From UHGV virus genome UHGV-0034108: 64,000 nt of DNA, one strand, 5' to 3'. Made by a program: the position numbers and the translations under genes. Origin of the DNA: a virus. The notes under the pieces were generated by a model. The model was given only the letters and a program-made list of their open reading frames with translations. It did not search any database and was not told where the DNA came from. This document shows, piece after piece, positions 20,655 through 29,934 of the stretch (its first letter is position 1; every line of letters starts with the position of its first letter).

Positions 20655-21020
20655 TTACTCCTCCCATTCAACTTTAACTGTTGAAATATAAATAGAACTA
20701 CCTACTACTGCTGATTTTGCTTCCTCCTCTGTATTATAAACATCTCCAGTAGTTATAGTTGAATTAATTTTAAAAAGATTTATCCAACCCTCTTTTTTTA
20801 TTGTGGCAAACATTAAATCACGCCAATCATCCGTGTTATTGTAGAATCTTCCGTTCCGATAGTAATACCATAAGTCCTCACTATCGTTATTGGGTATTAA
20901 AGCTACTATTGGCATATCGGATTTCATATCTGTGCAAAGAATTCTTACAGGCAATCCATTTCGTGTGACGACCTTTCTGTCAGGATTCTTTAAATACTCT
21001 TTCATGCTAAACGGTTTCAT
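20655..21020 (-). CDS. hypothetical protein
   Basis: 121-aa ORF. Confidence 0.5.
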   Translation of the reverse strand: MKPFSMKEYLKNPDRKVVTRNGLPVRILCTDMKSDMPIVALIPNNDSEDLWYYYRNGRFYNNTDDWRDLMFATIKKEGWINLFKINSTITTGDVYNTEEEAKSAVVGSSIYISTVKVEWEE

Positions 21021-21028
21021 GTGTTATA

Positions 21029-21625
21029 TTAGTTTTTGACATTATTTAGCCTGTTAACGATATATGCAATGAATCCATTCTGCATCTTTTCTGCAATTTC
21101 TACAGGAAGATTCATGGCATTTCCACAGCCAATCAGGTGTCCCCATCCCCTAACAAGGAATTGATATTCACCCTTATAGTTTATTCGCGCTGGTTCATTT
21201 TCATCAATAGACCACTCTGGCTCAAAATCTGATTCACTCTCTCCATTGATTATGGATATGATTTTCTCAACTCTCTCTATTTCCCCTTCTGCATAATCGT
21301 CATCATTGTTGTACCTGTACTTGAATGAACTCAGTGACATGGTATCATGGACATCGTATGCGAATGAACCATATTTGCTGAGGTGTAGGGGCAGTTCATA
21401 GCAGTCCGTCCAGTTCTCTGGAACAAAGTCCGGGTATCTCTTCACATCATTGCGCTCATCGTCACGGTCGACTTCATCAGGGGGACATGAAGACCATGTG
21501 TTGTATTGCGTGGGGCTGCATTCAGTACATACGAGCTTTCCATTTAGAAGATGTCCAGTCCTACTGTCAAAAGGTTTACTGCACACGGGACAGATTACCC
21601 TATATTTCAATTTCGTTTCTTTCAT
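21029..21625 (-). CDS. hypothetical protein with N-terminal zinc ribbon
   Basis: CPVC..17..CTEC; SD GGAGGAATAAATTATG. Confidence 0.5.
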   Translation of the reverse strand: MKETKLKYRVICPVCSKPFDSRTGHLLNGKLVCTECSPTQYNTWSSCPPDEVDRDDERNDVKRYPDFVPENWTDCYELPLHLSKYGSFAYDVHDTMSLSSFKYRYNNDDDYAEGEIERVEKIISIINGESESDFEPEWSIDENEPARINYKGEYQFLVRGWGHLIGCGNAMNLPVEIAEKMQNGFIAYIVNRLNNVKN

Positions 21626-21628
21626 AAT

Positions 21629-22006
21629 TTATTCCTCCATAAATTTTCTGAACTGCTCTTCAGTGAAACCATCTATACCCCAATTCACCTCACCATTATT
21701 CTTTATGCTTGACGGATAGAAGTGTTTGGTTATAAACTTCCAGGCTCTGTCTATAATGGCTTTGTCAATAAGATTGTTCATATTACAACTGTGGTTATCT
21801 TTAGTGTTATACCATTTAAGATATTCCTTATTTATTTGTGCCCAATATTTATAACCTTGTTTTGTTGCGCCCCAAGAGAATGCAGTGATAACAAAATCCT
21901 TATTGTATTTAATATTGTTGATTCCGTATTTAAAGTTATTTTCATAAAATTCACTTTTCCACGATTGCCTATCCAACCATCTTAAAATTTGTTCCTTTGT
22001 TTTCAT
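21629..22006 (-). CDS. hypothetical protein, paralog of 22071..22334
   Basis: MKTKEQILRWLDRQSWKSEFYE vs MKTREQILEWLDKQPWKGEFYE. Confidence 0.55.
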   Translation of the reverse strand: MKTKEQILRWLDRQSWKSEFYENNFKYGINNIKYNKDFVITAFSWGATKQGYKYWAQINKEYLKWYNTKDNHSCNMNNLIDKAIIDRAWKFITKHFYPSSIKNNGEVNWGIDGFTEEQFRKFMEE

Positions 22007-22070
22007 AACATATATTAATTACATTCTGGTTCTATAAATCTAAAACTTACATCTCACGTACTTTGTCTCT

Positions 22071-22334
22071 TCAAAACAATATTATTGGATGTTGGATGCA
22101 GTATTCCTCCAAAGAATGAGGTTTATCAATAGAGGTATACCATTTATGGTATTCTTTGTTACGTTCTGACCATATAATTGTCCATTGTATGGTCTCGCCC
22201 CAAGGGAATGCGCTCATTAAGAAGTTTGCATTATAAACCCTTTTATGATTTTTACAAAGAAATGCAGCTTCATAAAACTCCCCTTTCCAAGGCTGTTTGT
22301 CCAGCCATTCCAAAATTTGCTCTCTTGTTTTCAT
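22071..22334 (-). CDS. hypothetical protein, paralog of 21629..22006
   Basis: Shared N-terminus and (A)F(S/P)WG..W...NKEY.KWY core. Confidence 0.55.
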   Translation of the reverse strand: MKTREQILEWLDKQPWKGEFYEAAFLCKNHKRVYNANFLMSAFPWGETIQWTIIWSERNKEYHKWYTSIDKPHSLEEYCIQHPIILF

Positions 22335-22561
22335 TATAAAAGTTCATTAAAATGTTCATTCGCTATTTCTATAAATGAAGCAGCTTCTTCATCCGCAGAT
22401 GACATCTGCTTGCAGATAGTACTTGCAATTTTGATAAATGCCTTTCCTTTAGCATCATAATCCTTACAAGTTTCTGGATTCATATCATTTTGTAGTTCAC
22501 ACCACCAGATGCCTTGATTTACAAGTTGTCGGTAGTTTATACATTCAGTACAAGATTTCAT
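22334..22561 (-). CDS. hypothetical protein
   Basis: 75-aa ORF, Cys-containing. Confidence 0.45.
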   Translation of the reverse strand: MKSCTECINYRQLVNQGIWWCELQNDMNPETCKDYDAKGKAFIKIASTICKQMSSADEEAASFIEIANEHFNELL

Positions 22562-22563
22562 AA

Positions 22564-22851
22564 CTATTCCTTTTTACCAAGATTAAATCCAGTAAATGAG
22601 CAATTTTTAAGAAAATTATCTGCGTCATTATCGATATTTTTCGGATTTATATTTTCCTTATATCTCAATATGAGTGCGCATGATTGTGCCAAATCTTCTG
22701 TCTTAGTATTCATAACATTACGCATAGCATCCTCTTTGAGTTTCACCAGGTCTGCTATTGTTAACTCATCTTCCTCAAGTAACATGAGAATTATGAATCT
22801 TGCTTCTTCTGGATTTGCTTTCATCCAGTCAAGAACGATTTGTGTCATCAT
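22564..22851 (-). CDS. hypothetical protein
   Basis: 95-aa ORF. Confidence 0.45.
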   Translation of the reverse strand: MMTQIVLDWMKANPEEARFIILMLLEEDELTIADLVKLKEDAMRNVMNTKTEDLAQSCALILRYKENINPKNIDNDADNFLKNCSFTGFNLGKKE

Positions 22852-22853
22852 AA

Positions 22854-23054
22854 CTATTCAATTTTAACAGGGTCGTCATCCCAACTAATATGTCTCCCGA
22901 TAAGCTTTTCATCGGCATCTGACGGAAGTTGTATCGCAATTTGAGTAACACCCGTTACCCAATTAAAAGGCGTCAACCATGTAGAATACCCTCGTTTCGG
23001 TTTATTGTTAAAAATCCAAAGGGAGCTACCTTTACTTCTTACTATCCAAGCCAT
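22854..23054 (-). CDS. hypothetical protein
   Basis: 66-aa ORF tightly packed in operon. Confidence 0.4.
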   Translation of the reverse strand: MAWIVRSKGSSLWIFNNKPKRGYSTWLTPFNWVTGVTQIAIQLPSDADEKLIGRHISWDDDPVKIE

Positions 23055-23217
23055 AATTATTCGTATTTATATTTCCAATCCTTGCAAACAAGGCTCTTTC
23101 TATTAGTGGGCTTATCTTTAAGCCCGCACATAGATATTGCAAACGGCTTTGGAGCCGGAACATAGTATTTGCAATCAAGGCATCTCGCCTTTCTTATGTA
23201 TTCTATTATTGCCATAG

Positions 23218-23466
23218 CTATTCCTCCTCCATTGCTTTTCTGAAATTTTCTATACTTTTTTCTTTATCTATGAGCCCGGCGGTTTTCTTTTTAAGAAACC
23301 CAAGTAGATTGATGAAATCATCAAGCTCTGACGAGTAACGCTCTACTGCTTTTTCAAGCATCCATTGCGCCCCTCTCTCGAAACCACTTTCCCATATACC
23401 ATAACCCTCTTGCCATTCGTGGTCTCCGTAGGGTGACTTGTATTTATCGTCTATTTGTGTTGCCAT
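23218..23466 (-). CDS. hypothetical protein
   Basis: 82-aa ORF; SD GGAGGAGGAATAGCTATG. Confidence 0.45.
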   Translation of the reverse strand: MATQIDDKYKSPYGDHEWQEGYGIWESGFERGAQWMLEKAVERYSSELDDFINLLGFLKKKTAGLIDKEKSIENFRKAMEEE

Positions 23467-23473
23467 AACTATT

Positions 23474-23743
23474 CTATTTTATATAGCTTGTGATATTTGA
23501 ATCATCCTCATCTATCTTCTTCCCCTTTTCGTCGCACTTATACGTTTCGTAGGAGATGTTAAGTATTCTCTCCCCAATAAATGACTTTTTACATTTAGGG
23601 CAAACGAATTCCTGTTCAGTATCGTCGAGTGTTTGTCTGTCAAAAGTATCGCACGAAACAAATTCAGAATGCCCGCAATATGGGCAAATCAATAATAAAT
23701 TACTAAATGTACTGAGTCGTATTCCGTTAATTATTGTTATCAT
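23474..23743 (-). CDS. zinc-ribbon protein
   Basis: CPYCGH..CPKCKK pairs. Confidence 0.45.
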   Translation of the reverse strand: MITIINGIRLSTFSNLLLICPYCGHSEFVSCDTFDRQTLDDTEQEFVCPKCKKSFIGERILNISYETYKCDEKGKKIDEDDSNITSYIK

Positions 23744-23921
23744 AACCTACTTTTTTTTAATTCTTCTTTATAAGTTTCAAAGCACTCTTTACACACAGCT
23801 CTGCCATGTATGGTATAGTACCTTACAAAGCCGTTCTCTACCAATGGAAAAGGCTTATTACATAAATTACAAATAAATCTATTCAGCTTTTTCATTTCTT
23901 TTTCGATTCTTTTTAGACCTT

Positions 23922-24356
23922 TTATTTTATGCCACTTCTCTCAAGTTTGCACAAACGGACAGACTGACCGAATTGACGTGCGCAGATTTTCGGACCGTAG
24001 TGGTCGTAGTTGTAGAAGCAGAAAAACCATACAAAGGTCCTACTATCGGGGCACGGAGTGCAGGAGCAATAGTAGCCGACATCGCCGAAACTATCAGGAA
24101 ACCACGTATCGTATCGACAACCCAACGCAGGAAACTCAATAGTATTCCCATTAAATTTAGACTTACATATTAGAGCCCTTTTTTCTATATCAAACACACA
24201 ATCACAGTTTTCTGCTAACTCGCAGAATTGCCACCTTGCAGGGAGGCTGTTCCCAAACTTTTCAACAGCCTCATCAAAGGTGAAATATCCTTCTTCGTTT
24301 TCGGATGCCCATAAAGTTCCTGAAGGCAATCCCATATCAACGTATTCTTTTCCCAT
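23922..24356 (-). CDS. hypothetical Cys-rich protein
   Basis: 144-aa ORF. Confidence 0.45.
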   Translation of the reverse strand: MGKEYVDMGLPSGTLWASENEEGYFTFDEAVEKFGNSLPARWQFCELAENCDCVFDIEKRALICKSKFNGNTIEFPALGCRYDTWFPDSFGDVGYYCSCTPCPDSRTFVWFFCFYNYDHYGPKICARQFGQSVRLCKLERSGIK

Positions 24357-24505
24357 ATCAAAATGCTATTTTAAATGGTTTGTTTCTTAATGTCGGCCTC
24401 TGTTCTTCAATGAACTTCCGAAGGTCTTCTTCGTCAAGCGGGAACAGAGGGCAATACTCGTATGTGAGCGTGCACTGCCATCTGTCATTGAGCATAACAT
24501 CAAAC

Positions 24506-24832
24506 TTAATCTTCTTCATCGTTTATAATCTTTGTGACGATGATTTCAGATACCTGCTTTTCGATGTTGTTACTGTCAACATAATTTCTGTATTCAAGTC
24601 GTCCGACGATGTGAAGCCACTCGCCTTTTTCTATCTTCGTCAAGTCAATTTCATCGGAAGCAAATGCGTGGCAGGCGTGCCAAGATGTTTCAATGGTTTG
24701 ACAGCCTTTGCTGTTATAAACCTGCATCGTGCAGAGAGAAAATCGTGCGTATTCCGTACCACCAATGACTTTCTTTAATACAGTCCCTACACGCCCTGCG
24801 AGTTCGATTTTGTTTATATATTTCTCTTCCAT
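24506..24832 (-). CDS. ssb: single-stranded DNA-binding protein (short OB-fold SSB)
   Basis: OB-fold pattern KIELAGRVG..RFSLC..WH.C..F..LHIVGRLEYRNY; acidic C-terminus NDEED. Confidence 0.65.
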   Translation of the reverse strand: MEEKYINKIELAGRVGTVLKKVIGGTEYARFSLCTMQVYNSKGCQTIETSWHACHAFASDEIDLTKIEKGEWLHIVGRLEYRNYVDSNNIEKQVSEIIVTKIINDEED

Positions 24833-24913
24833 ATCATTTATTTTTCGTTTTTTATTGCGGATTCTGTGAAAATTCTACAAAAATCCACAGAATCCGCGTT
24901 GAAACATGGATTT

Positions 24914-25354
24914 TTATCGTCCGGTGCTTCCGTAACCTCCAATGCCCCTGTCTGTCTCTGTGAGTTCTTCCACCTCATCAAACTCCACTTCAGGATAAGG
25001 CAAGATTATCATCTGACAAATTCTATCGCCTGAGTGGTATCCGCCATCGTTTTGCAGAAACTCGCGAGCGTCCGTAATGATGAACTTTGCCGTTACCTCA
25101 CCGCGGTAGTTGCTATCTATCACTCCCACGGAGTTGTGTAGTACAAGCGGCTTGTTTGCGATTGAACTCCGTGGGAATATCAGTCCCGCGTTTCCTTCGG
25201 GTATCTCGAAGGCAATACCCGTGTGGCAAAGAAGTTCCTGCTTTGCCCAGTCTATTGAAGTCTCTGTGCAATACAGGTCAAATCCCGCGTCCGTGGCGTG
25301 CGCCTTCTTTGGTATGATTGCGTCTTTGTGTAACTTCTTTATTCTTACTTTCAT
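24914..25354 (-). CDS. dut: dUTP diphosphatase
   Basis: dUTPase motifs DAGFDLY, PRSS, GVIDSNYRGEV, RGIGGYGSTGR. Confidence 0.9.
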   Translation of the reverse strand: MKVRIKKLHKDAIIPKKAHATDAGFDLYCTETSIDWAKQELLCHTGIAFEIPEGNAGLIFPRSSIANKPLVLHNSVGVIDSNYRGEVTAKFIITDAREFLQNDGGYHSGDRICQMIILPYPEVEFDEVEELTETDRGIGGYGSTGR

Positions 25355-25355
25355 A

Positions 25356-25751
25356 TTATTTCAATTTAAACTTGTTTATAAATTCATTTGAAGCTGACGC
25401 TTCCGGTAGTTGTACAAGTTCCTGCATAAACTTATGGGCCATCTCCTGTGTATTGCACCTATCGGCATATAGCAGTATAAGACGCAGAAATTCATTGGCA
25501 TCAGATCGACTGCCATCATAATCAGACTTATTTGCCATGCAGTCTATACGAGCTTTATCAACATAGAGGTCGAATTTTTTATGGAAGTCTTTTGCTGAAT
25601 TGATAAGAAGATTATGGGCTTTCTTTATGTCATATCGAAGCTCACCATGTTCGACATCCTCAACATGTTTTTCAACCTCAGTCATAAGAATGTCAAGAGT
25701 GTCAGTAAGAGCAAAGTAAACATTTATGAGCAGATTTGTCAGTGTCGTCAT
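25356..25751 (-). CDS. hypothetical protein
   Basis: 131-aa ORF. Confidence 0.5.
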   Translation of the reverse strand: MTTLTNLLINVYFALTDTLDILMTEVEKHVEDVEHGELRYDIKKAHNLLINSAKDFHKKFDLYVDKARIDCMANKSDYDGSRSDANEFLRLILLYADRCNTQEMAHKFMQELVQLPEASASNEFINKFKLK

Positions 25752-25854
25752 TTCTTTTTATCCTTTGGGTTGTCGATATACATTGATAATATTGCCAATG
25801 GAACAATTACAAATAGAAGAACAACCATAAGCATGGTGATGTCTATAAATTCCA

Positions 25855-26040
25855 TTACTTTACCTCCTTTATGTTTTCAAGATATGCTTCCACATTTTCT
25901 ATTTCTCCCTCCTCAATATCTTTGTCCTTTACAATGTTTACTGCTTGTCTGACTGCCTCATTTATGTCTTTGGCAGCTACATCCACTTTAAAACAAACAT
26001 CGAAATGTATACTAATAGTGTACGTTTTAGTCTTCTTCAT
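25855..26040 (-). CDS. hypothetical small protein
   Basis: 61-aa ORF. Confidence 0.35.
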   Translation of the reverse strand: MKKTKTYTISIHFDVCFKVDVAAKDINEAVRQAVNIVKDKDIEEGEIENVEAYLENIKEVK

Positions 26041-26190
26041 CTGTTACAACTGTTCTTTTACGATTTAAAAATTTAATAAGTTCTTCCCTTGTGAAGTCTA
26101 TATAGCAAGTTCCGAGATGTATTCCGAAACCACGTTTACTATACCCAACATCTGTCGGTTGCTGAAAATCGTTTGTCATACTTATTGTTT

Positions 26191-26805
26191 TTAATGAATC
26201 CAATGATCTCCTATACTTGCTTCTGCCGGAATAGGAAGTTTCTTATAGTATTTTGCTGCTGCTTTTGCCATGATATCTTGCATAACTTTGGCAAAATCTT
26301 CTGCAATTTCTTTTGGACATTCGCAGTCACATTCATCGTGGACCATAACACAGAACAATATAATTCCAAAGTAGCCATGTTTGACTATCCACTCAAAAAG
26401 GTCTGCGGCAGCTTGTTTAAGCACAATGGCACTACCTCCCTGTATAGGATAGTTGAGCACATTCTTTCCAAACCAGTCATGTCCTTGTCGTAGGTGTTTG
26501 ACAACCATCTGTGCAATATCATCACCTGTCCCTTTATGATATAGGTTATAATCCTGCATAAATCGCCAATCAATTCTGTCCTCAACAGCACGCCATTCTG
26601 CCCATTGAGGCCAATAAACCCTATGACCGGTGGTACTGTTGATGACAATATACCCATGCTTTGCAACGAAATCAGACGCCTCTTTCTTGAATTTAGCCAT
26701 ACCAGGCATACCTTTAAGAAGATTTTGGACCATTTCTCTTGCTTTATCTATAGACATGCCTATATTTGCTGATATTGATGTGCCATCAGAACCATATCCT
26801 ACTGC
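26191..26805 (-). CDS. DNA polymerase I family (family A) exon 2
   Basis: AVGYGSDG..(motif B continuation), NYPIQGGSA, motif C VMVHDE; aligns with Taq pol motif B/C region. Confidence 0.7.
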   Translation of the reverse strand, partial: AVGYGSDGTSISANIGMSIDKAREMVQNLLKGMPGMAKFKKEASDFVAKHGYIVINSTTGHRVYWPQWAEWRAVEDRIDWRFMQDYNLYHKGTGDDIAQMVVKHLRQGHDWFGKNVLNYPIQGGSAIVLKQAAADLFEWIVKHGYFGIILFCVMVHDECDCECPKEIAEDFAKVMQDIMAKAAAKYYKKLPIPAEASIGDHWIH

Positions 26806-28037
26806 CATTTTGTTATCTTAAAAGCTCTTTATCTTTTAATTCTATATGTTTCCATATAGTTCAGACTATATCATCATCCTCATATTGAGGAGTCGAGCAC
26901 TCGTGTTCCCATTATTAAGTGAGCTTTTCAGGGATTAGTCGTTGAACCTTCTATCTACTTTTATGCTCTTCGATAGCTTGGCTGCTGATTACCGTAGATT
27001 TCTCCTTAGGCTTCCAGCAATTCACTCGATTTGCTACACGAAATTACTTTCGTGAGGTTCACTAAATTCTGATATTTATATTCATGACAATAGTAAGGAT
27101 TTGCATATAAGTAATGAAGAAGAAGTGTTAAATTGGTTTTATCATAAACAAATAAAGTATAGCAGTCTTTAGTGTTCAGACGGACAGTACTTTTTATGCC
27201 GTATGATTCAAGAAAAGTTTGAATGCGTAAAAGCCATTGTTTTGAACATGACTTTAATCCCCAACGATAATGACCGCAAGTTCCGTCTCCATCAAAATAG
27301 CCACGAATCATGTCCCATGTTATATCTATACATGGATTCAGATTGTGATGTTTTTTTGAAGCAATATTTAATGTGGCGGAGAACCAGTCTGCTATTTGCT
27401 TTGAATTTATACTTGCATTGTACATATAATGCATTTCACCACATTGTGTTGTGTAAGGTCTGCTAAATATGGAAACTCCATTTCCAAACCAGTCCTTATA
27501 CTTCAATACCACATATTCTTTTCCTGAATAAAGCACTATGCGATGAGAACGTGATGTATTTGTTATATGTCCATCTGCGAATATATATCCTAACCAATAA
27601 TTAGCCTCTATTGTGTTGTTTGCAAACTTATTTTCCCATGTATTATTTCTGCCAGAGCCACGCATCTGCAATCCGAGTCTATGTACATGCCAAGTTATAG
27701 TACTGCTTTTGATGTTAAAAGCGTTACCAATTTCTTGATATGTGCAGTTAGAATAATACATTTGTGTGAATAAGTCATCTTGTTCTTTTGACCAACTTTT
27801 TTCTTCTTCTCGTGTTCTTTTTATGTTATTCCTTACTAATACATCATATACAGTAGTGACGGAACATGAATATTTATCTTGAAGTTCTTTCCAAGACATA
27901 CCGTTAGCATAATCAGCTATAAGTGCAGTATCATTTACTTTTTTCATATTTATTTTTTTGCAAGTTTAGTTGATTTAGACTTCCGTATTCTTGTTCAAAA
28001 TAAATCACTTACTGTTTATAAATCATTTTGTTAATGT
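26806..28037 (-). mobile_element. group I intron (inferred) carrying LAGLIDADG homing endonuclease, inserted in polA motif B
   Basis: Exon1 stops 4 codons after ..RQKAKSAEF; exon2 resumes with AVGYG; free-standing endonuclease ORF between; splice sites after U (..GAGUUU) and after G (..AAAAUG) fit group I rules; boundaries +/- few nt. Confidence 0.55.
27006..27947 (-). CDS. LAGLIDADG homing endonuclease (intron-encoded) with N-terminal HTH domains
   Basis: LGYIFADGHIT and IRGYFDGDGTCG motifs; two HTH-like segments at N-terminus. Confidence 0.8.
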   Translation of the reverse strand: MKKVNDTALIADYANGMSWKELQDKYSCSVTTVYDVLVRNNIKRTREEEKSWSKEQDDLFTQMYYSNCTYQEIGNAFNIKSSTITWHVHRLGLQMRGSGRNNTWENKFANNTIEANYWLGYIFADGHITNTSRSHRIVLYSGKEYVVLKYKDWFGNGVSIFSRPYTTQCGEMHYMYNASINSKQIADWFSATLNIASKKHHNLNPCIDITWDMIRGYFDGDGTCGHYRWGLKSCSKQWLLRIQTFLESYGIKSTVRLNTKDCYTLFVYDKTNLTLLLHYLYANPYYCHEYKYQNLVNLTKVISCSKSSELLEA

Positions 28038-29501
28038 AAACTCGGCGGATTTGGCTTTTTGCCGCAAGTCTGGTCTCAATTTCTTGACATCATGGACATC
28101 TACATCCTTCAGCTCATCCGGAAAACATAGTTTAGCATAGAGATTATGAGTATCTATACCGTGTGCAAAGGCATCGAGGAGTTTCTTTTCGTTCCACACA
28201 TCTGCCTGTACACGCGACTCCTCAGCGGAGAAATCACAGGATATGAATAAGTTACCTTTTTCCGCTATGAAGCAAGAACGACATACCTTACCATATTCAT
28301 CTCGTGCTGGAAGATTCTGTAAGTTTACAAATTTTACCTGTTCTGGAAGAAGTACCTTCAATCTTGCAAGGTCAACATTGTTCTTATTGCTTCCGCAGGA
28401 CATTCGTCCAGTCACAGTACCAATTTGCTTGAACTCGGTGTGAAGTCGTCCTGTATTTGGATTGATAAGATTCAGGTGTCCTTGCCCATAAGATGTGACA
28501 TTCTTCTCAGCGCCCTTATAGCCGTAATAGAGTTCAAGAAAATCATCAGCAATTCCTTTCTGTGTAATTATCAAATTTTCCAATGCAGAGTCACGCTCTT
28601 CCTTAGTTTTCTTATCACGTGTAGTGGTATTGAATCCCAAAGCTTGCATTACAGGTATTACTTGACGGGAACTACTCCATTGTACAAACACATCGGGAAG
28701 TGCGTTATCTGTAGGCTCAAAAAGTGAAGGTTGTGTTACTGAAGATACAAATTGCTTGTTGAGTTTCGTATTTGACCTAACGTAATCATCAAGTTTCTGT
28801 TTGTAATCTTCAAGCTCCTTCTTGTCACTTTCCATCTTTGCCTTCCACTGAACTTCATCGAGCTTCACTCCACACCATTCGAGATATGCTATTGCAGGAA
28901 CAAATCTATTTTCTACAATAAAAGCACGAAGGCAATTACGATTTTCCGCAACAATCATTTGCGCTTTTCTGATATCTTGCAGGTACATGACATCATGTGC
29001 AGCATAGATAATACCCTCCGGTGTCAGTCCTTTAAGAGCAATTTCTTCCTGAAAGGATTTGTCTATAACAATTCCTGTATTGCGTTCAAGAACATCTCCG
29101 AGATTGAACGACACTATACCTGGCTTATAACCAAGATAGAGTGTTTGTTCGCAGATCATCGTATCATAAACACGCAACGGTATAATTTTGTGATTATACA
29201 GAAACTTGAGGTCAAATTTGAGATTATGTCCAATCAGATATGAGTTTTCAATAATCCCCTTGTACTCTTCCGGCTTGACAGATAGACAGTCTACAACTAT
29301 TGCAGTAGTCTCACCGGAATTAAAATCTTTATAACCAAACTGCATTGACGTAAGAGTGTTTACATGACAATCAAGTCCTGTTGTTTCAGTATCGAACTGT
29401 ACTACAGGCCAACCACGAATGAGGTCTATGCTTTCCTGCACAGTCAAAGGGCTTACATTCTCATCCGAAATGTCAAGCCTGTCACTAACGAGATAAATCA
29501 T
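28038..29501 (-). CDS. DNA polymerase I family (family A) exon 1: 3'-5' exonuclease plus polymerase motif A and start of motif B
   Basis: Exo I FDTETTGL; motif A ISCDFSAEESRV; ends RQKAKSAEF (motif B R..AK...F). Confidence 0.75.
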
Positions 29502-29934
29502 CGCATGCCATCTCCTTTTTCTTAAAGTTTAACTTGCAACCGTATTTACTGAGAAAGTCCGAACCGAGAAGCGCCGAAATCCTCGGCGTGTTCCCGGAAC
29601 GGATTTTCATGAAGTCATGTATGTGGCTTATATCAACACATAGCCCGGATACCTCCAACGCAATAAAGGTTTCGTCGGAGTCCGGAAAGGCCAGAATAGC
29701 CTTTCCGATGTCTGCAATGACATTTTTTGCTGACGGCATTCCGACAATCCTGATGTCGAATCCTACAGATGTCAGGATACTGTTCCTGTGCTGATGTACA
29801 AAGTCGGAGTCGAACAGCGTCTGCTCCGACCCTGAGTCTATAATTGCATATGCTTCAGTACCATCATCGAGAAAGAACTGGACAACAGGTATGTCCAGTT
29901 CATGTTCAATAAACTTTATTCTACATTTCTTCAT
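29485..29934 (-). CDS. retropepsin-like aspartic protease
   Basis: AIIDSGSEQTLF = hydrophobic-hydrophobic-D-S-G-S active-site loop; about 150 aa typical of single-domain retropepsins. Confidence 0.5.
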   Translation of the reverse strand: MKKCRIKFIEHELDIPVVQFFLDDGTEAYAIIDSGSEQTLFDSDFVHQHRNSILTSVGFDIRIVGMPSAKNVIADIGKAILAFPDSDETFIALEVSGLCVDISHIHDFMKIRSGNTPRISALLGSDFLSKYGCKLNFKKKEMACDDLSR

